Shown here piece by piece: positions 58,440 to 64,000 of a stretch of 64,000 nucleotides of DNA. Position numbers and translations under genes: made by a program. Each line of letters starts with the position of its first letter. Position 1 is the first letter of the stretch. Under the pieces are notes generated by a model. That model saw nothing but the letters and a program-made list of their open reading frames with translations. It ran no database searches and had not been told where the DNA came from. The stretch covers positions 153 to 64,152 of the forward strand of contig CAKOKN010000002.1 of assembly GCA_934091055.1 (NCBI GenBank). The letters are read 5' to 3'. The DNA comes from an uncultured Bacilli bacterium (GTDB lineage Bacteria > Bacillota_I > Bacilli_A > RF39 > UBA660).

Positions 58440-58524
58440 AGTTCGAGCCTATAGTCTCTCACTATCATTAAAGCCTAAGGTCTTTAATGAAAAATATGAA
58501 GCCTATCAAATAGTCTTCATATTT
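58440..58524 (+). repeat. Modular stem-loop repeat, locus 8 (M1 plus 2 hairpins)
   Basis: AGTTCGAGCCTATAGTCTCTCACT (58440-58463), CATTAAAG-CCTAAGGT-CTTTAATG (58466-58489), AAATATGAAG-CCTATCAAATAGT-CTTCATATTT (58492-58524). Differs from locus 3 by 1 substitution and a 1-nt indel. Confidence 0.9.
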
Positions 58525-58528
58525 AAGT

Positions 58529-59092
58529 TCATTTAAGCAAACCTTCAAAGTATTTTGAAATTTCTTTTACTCTTGATTTAAATATTAACATATCAATAAC
58601 ATCTGATACTGAATATACAATTAACACAATACCAAGCATTGTAGTAATCATAACAGCAGTTACATTAGGATTAATAATTAAAAGAATACCACATATCATC
58701 ATTAGTATAGATGTAAATAAAGATATAATATAATTATTATCAATATCTTTAATAACTAAAGATAGTCTTGTTTTAAATGCTCCATTAATTATAAAGAATA
58801 TACCTAAAACAATTGGAAGAATACTTTCAAAAATATCAGGATTTAAGAAAATAACAATACCAAATAGAATAGATAAAATACTACTAGTCATTTGGAAAAA
58901 ACATAATGCTGGATTAATTGTAAAGCTATCAATTAGATTAAATATTCCATATAGTAGTAGGAAAGATCCAATCATATAAGAAAATGTGTCAAGTGATGCT
59001 TTAGGCCAAACTATTAATAGTATACCAATAAGTGCAAATAAACAAGATAGTACTATTGATAAATTAATATACTTGTTCATTGATTTTACCAT
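58529..59092 (-). CDS. HdeD/DUF308-like membrane protein
   Basis: 187 aa. Six hydrophobic helices in repeating pairs (LLLYGIFNLIDSF, ILGIFFIINGAF, GILLIINP). Confidence 0.55.
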   Translation of the reverse strand: MVKSMNKYINLSIVLSCLFALIGILLIVWPKASLDTFSYMIGSFLLLYGIFNLIDSFTINPALCFFQMTSSILSILFGIVIFLNPDIFESILPIVLGIFFIINGAFKTRLSLVIKDIDNNYIISLFTSILMMICGILLIINPNVTAVMITTMLGIVLIVYSVSDVIDMLIFKSRVKEISKYFEGLLK

Positions 59093-59168
59093 TTACTATT
59101 CTCCTTTCTATTATTATTATAACGCAAAATAATTAAAAAATTAAGTACAAGCTTTAAGAAATAGTCTA

Positions 59169-60545
59169 TTAATTGTTAACTCCGTGTCTAACACTAGGAG
59201 TATCATTGGTTATTGCCTTAAATGAATATCCCTGTTTTTTACCATAATCAATAATATTTTTAAGAGTATTCACAGTAGCAGTATGACTACCAGAGTCGTG
59301 CATAAGAACTATATTAGTTTTACTATGTGATAGTCCATTAATTACATTATTATATATTTTAGAACTATTAGCACCGTCTCCTCCTGCATCGTTTGAGTCA
59401 ACATTCCAATCAAAGTAATTATAACCTCTATTAACTACTTCACTTGTCAATCTAGTCATAATACCACTAGAATAGTGTTTACTAACGACATTAGAAGATC
59501 CTCCAGGAAATCTAATTATTTTAGGATGTATACCTATAGAATTATAGACACTATCACTAACATTATTTAAGTCAGTAAAGTAGTTATCTACACTAGAATA
59601 TACATAGCTATAACTATGTGTATAAGTATGTAAAGCTATAGTATGTCCACTATTATAAGCTCTTTTTACATACTCGCCACCTCTTGTAACAAAGAAAGTA
59701 GCTTTAATATTTTCTTCATCTAATATATCAAGAATTCTACCAGTTAAGTTACTAGGGCCATCATCAAAAGTTAGGTATATAACTCCATTACCATAGTAGG
59801 ATGGTCTACTTTTAACAATGATTTTGCGGGTAACTTCTTTTATATTATTACTACTATCAGCAACTGCATATTTAATTTCATATACCCCTGCTTTAGATGT
59901 ATCAACATTTCCTTCAGTTTGAACTTTATCAGTGATATCACCATCACAGTTGTCACTCGCGGTATAACCATTTTCATCATAGCTAGATCCGACATAAATA
60001 GTAATTACATTTCCACCCTTTAGTGTAAGTGAAGGACTTTCTTGATCCTCAAAAATAATCTTTCTTTCTACTCTAATTTGATTATGTGAAGAATCTTCTA
60101 CTTCATACCAGATACTACTATCTATCTTATTAGTATTAACTTTCCCAGTAATATCACCATCATAATTATCTATGGCTTCATACCCTTCTTCTTCATAATC
60201 TTTTAAAGGACAAACATAAGAAGGATTATTTCCCTTAAGAGTAATCAAGGGTTTAGCCTTATCTACTACATTAATAGCTATTTTTTTATTAACTCTATAA
60301 AATAGATAATTAACTCTACATTCTATATATGATGTGCCTACTTTATTTATATCTACCTTATTATCTATTATTAGTTTATTATTAAGATTAGTAAATAAAT
60401 TATATGCTTTTACTTTAGGAGTATATGTTGTACCTACTGCGACTTCTTTATTACTTACTTCTATATTAGGATATAATACTGTGTATATAAGCATAAAACT
60501 AGTTATAAATATTAATAATAAAAATAATCTCTTTAATACATTCAT
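59169..60545 (-). CDS. Secreted polysaccharide deacetylase (NodB domain) with two Ig-like DUF5011-type repeats
   Basis: 458 aa. N-terminal signal/anchor, repeats with DNYDGDITGKV and DNCDGDITDKV, NodB motifs IYLTFDDGPS and ALHTYTHSY. Confidence 0.8.
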   Translation of the reverse strand: MNVLKRLFLLLIFITSFMLIYTVLYPNIEVSNKEVAVGTTYTPKVKAYNLFTNLNNKLIIDNKVDINKVGTSYIECRVNYLFYRVNKKIAINVVDKAKPLITLKGNNPSYVCPLKDYEEEGYEAIDNYDGDITGKVNTNKIDSSIWYEVEDSSHNQIRVERKIIFEDQESPSLTLKGGNVITIYVGSSYDENGYTASDNCDGDITDKVQTEGNVDTSKAGVYEIKYAVADSSNNIKEVTRKIIVKSRPSYYGNGVIYLTFDDGPSNLTGRILDILDEENIKATFFVTRGGEYVKRAYNSGHTIALHTYTHSYSYVYSSVDNYFTDLNNVSDSVYNSIGIHPKIIRFPGGSSNVVSKHYSSGIMTRLTSEVVNRGYNYFDWNVDSNDAGGDGANSSKIYNNVINGLSHSKTNIVLMHDSGSHTATVNTLKNIIDYGKKQGYSFKAITNDTPSVRHGVNN

Positions 60546-60596
60546 CTACTACCACTTCATTCTAAACATTATTATAACAGATTTTCTATATAATTT

Positions 60597-61304
60597 CTAT
60601 TCTAAGACAGTATTTTTATTGGGTTTTACATATTTTTTGTATATCTGTAATTTATTACCATCATAAGTAGCTAAAAGTATCTCATTATATGTTTTATAAC
60701 CCTGTTTTTTAATCTCCTTTAGGAGCCATTTTTCATCTTTTCCAATTGCAGTTATATTATTTCCCATTACTTTTCCATCAATAATTATATTCGCAGTCAA
60801 TACTTCTTCTGTTTTTTTAATTTTCATATCTTCTTTAGTCACAGGTTTATTTTTCTCTTTAGGCAAAAAACTAATACTACCATTTATTTCCATAATAGCA
60901 TAATTTATATCATCTATATTAAAATAGCCGTTAGTACGAGCTTCCGCTAAAAGATCATTAACATCTAACTTTGATTTTTTTAAGCCAGACTCTATAATAT
61001 TTCCTTTTTCTATAAGAAGAGTTGGCACTCCAGTAAAAAATCTTCTAGCTTTGATACTTTTTTGTGTAACTATAGATATTAGATAAGATATAATGCCATA
61101 TACTAAAAGGCATAGAATACCCGATAAGAGGTTTTTATCTATATCTAAAGATATATCCGCGGCTATTGATCCAATGGTTATACCAACGATATAATCAAAT
61201 AAACCAAGTTGGGATATTTGTTTCTTACCGAGCATCTTAGCTATAAAGAATAAAATTATTAGTACTAGTATTGTTCTATAAAAGACATTACATAATTCTT
61301 GCAT
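60597..61304 (-). CDS. YetF/DUF421 family membrane protein
   Basis: LGKKQISQLGLFDYIVGITIGSIAA N-terminal membrane part plus a soluble C-terminal half. Start set at MQELCN after the GAGGTG RBS. Confidence 0.7.
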   Translation of the reverse strand: MQELCNVFYRTILVLIILFFIAKMLGKKQISQLGLFDYIVGITIGSIAADISLDIDKNLLSGILCLLVYGIISYLISIVTQKSIKARRFFTGVPTLLIEKGNIIESGLKKSKLDVNDLLAEARTNGYFNIDDINYAIMEINGSISFLPKEKNKPVTKEDMKIKKTEEVLTANIIIDGKVMGNNITAIGKDEKWLLKEIKKQGYKTYNEILLATYDGNKLQIYKKYVKPNKNTVLE

Positions 61305-61343
61305 ATAAAAACACCTCACTTTTATTATGAGATGTTTTGTTAA

Positions 61344-61712
61344 TTATATACTATTAATATTATTTATTATCATTGTTATAAAAATTACTATCAGTAGTAT
61401 AACGCAGTGTCTTTTAAATATATTGTTAAGAAACACAATTGTTGTCTCTTTATTTAGCACAATATCTTTTATAATACTAAATATAAATATTATCATACAA
61501 ATAAATAAAGGAATACTTAGCACATTATATTTAGTTGCTGTAATAAGATCAAAACTAAGAATAGATTTAAAAGCTCTAGTAAGTCCACATCCAGGACAAT
61601 TAATGTTTAAGTATTTTTTAAATACACAGACAAGTTTAATTTTACTACTAATAGCTATAGAGACAAATATTATTATGCTAAATAATATTAATAAGTTTTT
61701 TAATCGTTTCAT
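61344..61712 (-). CDS. DUF2752-like membrane protein
   Basis: 122 aa with the CPGCGLTRAF motif. Preferred over the overlapping plus-strand ORF 61327..61737, which has no motif. Confidence 0.6.
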   Translation of the reverse strand: MKRLKNLLILFSIIIFVSIAISSKIKLVCVFKKYLNINCPGCGLTRAFKSILSFDLITATKYNVLSIPLFICMIIFIFSIIKDIVLNKETTIVFLNNIFKRHCVILLIVIFITMIINNINSI

Positions 61713-62050
61713 TAGTCTTTTAATGGATTACCATTAGCATCTGTATTTATAGAACCAGTAAGTATCATAATTCCTTCAACTAATCCCCATATTCCAGATA
61801 TAGGACTAAGTATACCACAAGATAGAACAGTAATTAATAATTGACCTACTGCCTTTCCTGTATTGCCTAAGTAAAAGTTATGAACACCAAAAGCACCAAG
61901 TAAAATACCCAATAGACCAGCAGCTATTTTAGATTTAGCATTTGGATCAGCATTTACACTAGCTCCTTTGTTTACTTTAACTCCACAATTTAAGCAAATA
62001 TCTTGTTCATCATTTAATTCTTTACCACAATTAGCGCAATATTTAGCCAT
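61712..62050 (-). CDS. Zinc-ribbon plus TM2-domain membrane protein
   Basis: 112 aa. N-terminal CANCGKEL...CLNCG zinc ribbon and TM2-type GLLGILLGAFGVHNFYLGNTGKAVGQLLI. Confidence 0.7.
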   Translation of the reverse strand: MAKYCANCGKELNDEQDICLNCGVKVNKGASVNADPNAKSKIAAGLLGILLGAFGVHNFYLGNTGKAVGQLLITVLSCGILSPISGIWGLVEGIMILTGSINTDANGNPLKD

Positions 62051-62087
62051 ATAAATTCCTCCTTTATACTAACTTAATTTTATCATA

Positions 62088-64000
62088 TTAAGATAGATTT
62101 GTAAATTTGTTTATAACACTTTGAAGAAGTTCTTTTTCTTTAGCCAAGTCTTCTCTTTCTTTTTCAACTATATTCGAAGGAGCTTTGTTTACATAGTTTA
62201 CATTACTAAGTAGCTTCTCTCTTCTTGCTATAGAGTTTTCTAAATTTTCTTTTTCTTTCAATAGTTTTTCTCTTTCTTCTTCAACATTCTTACTATTATC
62301 ATATATTATATCTATTTCAAGACCATTATATTCAACCGCAGTAATATTATCACTTTCTTCGTTAGTAATTTTATCACTAAGTTTTAAAAGATTTACTATT
62401 ATTTTTTCATCTTCTTTATCATTGATTTTTGTTATAACTTTATATTCACTACCTATACCAAGATCTTTCTTAGTATTTCTAAACTTAGTAACAAATTCTA
62501 ATATACTATCAATATTAGTATCAAAGATTTCTTTTTTATTATATTCTGGATAACTAGATATCATAATAGATTCTGCATCTTTAACAGGAAGTGAAGTATA
62601 TATCTCTTCAGTTACATACGGCATAAATGGATTTAACATCTTTATCATATCTGTAAGTACTCTAAGTAATACACTTTTAGTAGTATTATCATCATAGAAC
62701 TTAGATAATTCAATATATTTATCACAGAAGTCTTGCCATATAAAGTTATATAGTGTAGAGCCTGCTATATTAAAGTCATATTTATCCATACTCTTAGTAA
62801 CTAATTTAATAGTTTCATTTAATTTAGTTAAAATCCACTTGTCTTCTTTTTTAAGATTATCTAGAGTATAATCATCAGAAGTAAATCCCTCCAACTTCAT
62901 TAAAACAAATCTAGAAGCATTCCATACCTTATTTATGAAGTTCCAAGTAGACCTAACTTTTTCTTCATCATATCTTAAATCCATACCAGCAGCAGTATTA
63001 GTAGTTAAGAAAAATCTAAGAGAATCTGCACCATAAGTGTCTATTACATCCATTGGATCTATACCATTTCCAAGGCTTTTACTCATTTTTCTTCCTTGCT
63101 TGTCTCTTATAAGACCGTGTATTAAACAATCTTTGAATGGCCTTTTTCCTAAGAATTCAAGTCCTTGGAAGGTCATTCTATTTACCCAGAATGGTATTAT
63201 ATCATAACCAGTAACTAATACATTATTAGGGTAATATCTCTTAAGCATTTCTGTTTCAAGAGGCCAACCTAGTGTACTAAAAGGCCATAGGGCTGAAGAA
63301 AACCAAGTATCAAGTACATCAGGATCTTGTACCCATCCCTCTCCTTCTGGAGCTTCTAATCCAACATAAACTTCATCACCTTTATACCAAGCAGGTATTC
63401 TGTGACCCCACCATAATTGTCTAGAAATACACCAATCATAAGTTATTTCCATCCAGTGGTTCATTGTTTTTTCATATCTTGTAGGAACAAAGTTAACTTT
63501 AGTATCTTTATTCTTTTGATTTTCAAGAACTCTATCTGCTAAAGGACGCATCTTAACAAACCATTGTTTTGATAAGTATGGTTCTATCATAACATCAGAT
63601 CTATCTGAAAAGCCAACATTATGATTGATAGGTTCTATTTTAATTAATAGATTACTATTCTTTAAGTCTTCGACTACTTTATCTCTACATTCAAATCTAT
63701 CTAGACCTTGATAAGTACCAGCATTTTCATTCATAGTACCATCAGTATTCATAATAATAATTCTCTCTAAGTTATGTCTATTTCCTACTTCAAAATCATT
63801 AGGATCGTGCGCAGGTGTTATTTTAACAACACCAGTACCAAATTCCATATCAGCGTGCATATCAGCAATTACTGGTATTTTTTTATTTAAAATAGGTAAT
63901 ATAACATTCTTACCAATATATTTCTTATATCTATCATCATCAGGGTTAACTGCTACAGCAGTATCTCCAAATAGTGTCTCTGGTCTAGTAGTAGCAACTT
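62088..64000 (-). CDS. valS: Valine--tRNA ligase, C-terminal ~637 codons (gene runs off the right edge)
   Basis: The reading frame stays open to 64000 (ATTRPETLFGDTAVAVNPDDDRYKKYIGK...IPVIADMHADMEFGTGVVKITPAHDPNDFEVG). KMSKS motif RKMSKSLGN. C-terminal coiled coil. Confidence 0.95.
   Translation of the reverse strand, partial: VATTRPETLFGDTAVAVNPDDDRYKKYIGKNVILPILNKKIPVIADMHADMEFGTGVVKITPAHDPNDFEVGNRHNLERIIIMNTDGTMNENAGTYQGLDRFECRDKVVEDLKNSNLLIKIEPINHNVGFSDRSDVMIEPYLSKQWFVKMRPLADRVLENQKNKDTKVNFVPTRYEKTMNHWMEITYDWCISRQLWWGHRIPAWYKGDEVYVGLEAPEGEGWVQDPDVLDTWFSSALWPFSTLGWPLETEMLKRYYPNNVLVTGYDIIPFWVNRMTFQGLEFLGKRPFKDCLIHGLIRDKQGRKMSKSLGNGIDPMDVIDTYGADSLRFFLTTNTAAGMDLRYDEEKVRSTWNFINKVWNASRFVLMKLEGFTSDDYTLDNLKKEDKWILTKLNETIKLVTKSMDKYDFNIAGSTLYNFIWQDFCDKYIELSKFYDDNTTKSVLLRVLTDMIKMLNPFMPYVTEEIYTSLPVKDAESIMISSYPEYNKKEIFDTNIDSILEFVTKFRNTKKDLGIGSEYKVITKINDKEDEKIIVNLLKLSDKITNEESDNITAVEYNGLEIDIIYDNSKNVEEEREKLLKEKENLENSIARREKLLSNVNYVNKAPSNIVEKEREDLAKEKELLQSVINKFTNLS

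Noticed and set aside
8691-58524. The stem-loop repeat loci as a CRISPR array.
   Set aside because: The units are hairpins with variable stems, abutting each other without unique spacers of regular length. They are dispersed in groups of 2-3, and no cas genes are present.
62051-64000. T-box leader or other riboswitches (valS, suf and guaD upstream regions checked by eye).
   Set aside because: The valS leader lies outside the window. The other upstream spacers are short or occupied by the repeat hairpins, and they show no recognisable riboswitch core motifs.

Overview
Very AT-rich chromosomal segment of a low-GC Bacillota-type genome. It uses the standard code: Trp is TGG and TGA is a stop. 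It carries the replication-origin locus on the minus strand: gyrA (5' part), gyrB, recF, a ComK-like gene, dnaN and dnaA, with DnaA-box clusters on both sides of dnaA. The other ~57 kb is mostly minus-strand housekeeping: mutM-polA, polC, sufCDSU, a sigma-70, nrnA, ackA, CBS-pyrophosphatase, guanine deaminase, [FeFe]-hydrogenase, secA, hpf, prsA, rmuC and the valS 3' part. I saw no rRNA, tRNA or CRISPR array. Main observations: (1) a ~5.4 kb accessory island sits inside the normally contiguous hpf-secA pair and holds a tightly coupled two-gene operon of large proteins (336 and 602 aa) with no motif I can recognise; this is my best candidate for an undescribed system. (2) A modular family of intergenic stem-loop repeats has a conserved asymmetric apical core and co-varying stems (8 loci, 21 hairpins). 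(3) A 24-bp perfect palindrome lies 5' of gyrB, mutM and polA. (4) Convergent DnaA-box pairs occur outside oriC. (5) gyrB has an internal deletion plus frameshift. (6) There is no gene-strand switch at oriC and the rpmH-rnpA block is missing. (7) Accessory genes include an orphan HerA-like ATPase next to oriC, a soluble VirD4/TraG-like ATPase with a divergent AraC regulator, and a Fic gene bracketed by ~88-bp direct repeats. All domain calls come from motif recognition by eye; no database search was run.
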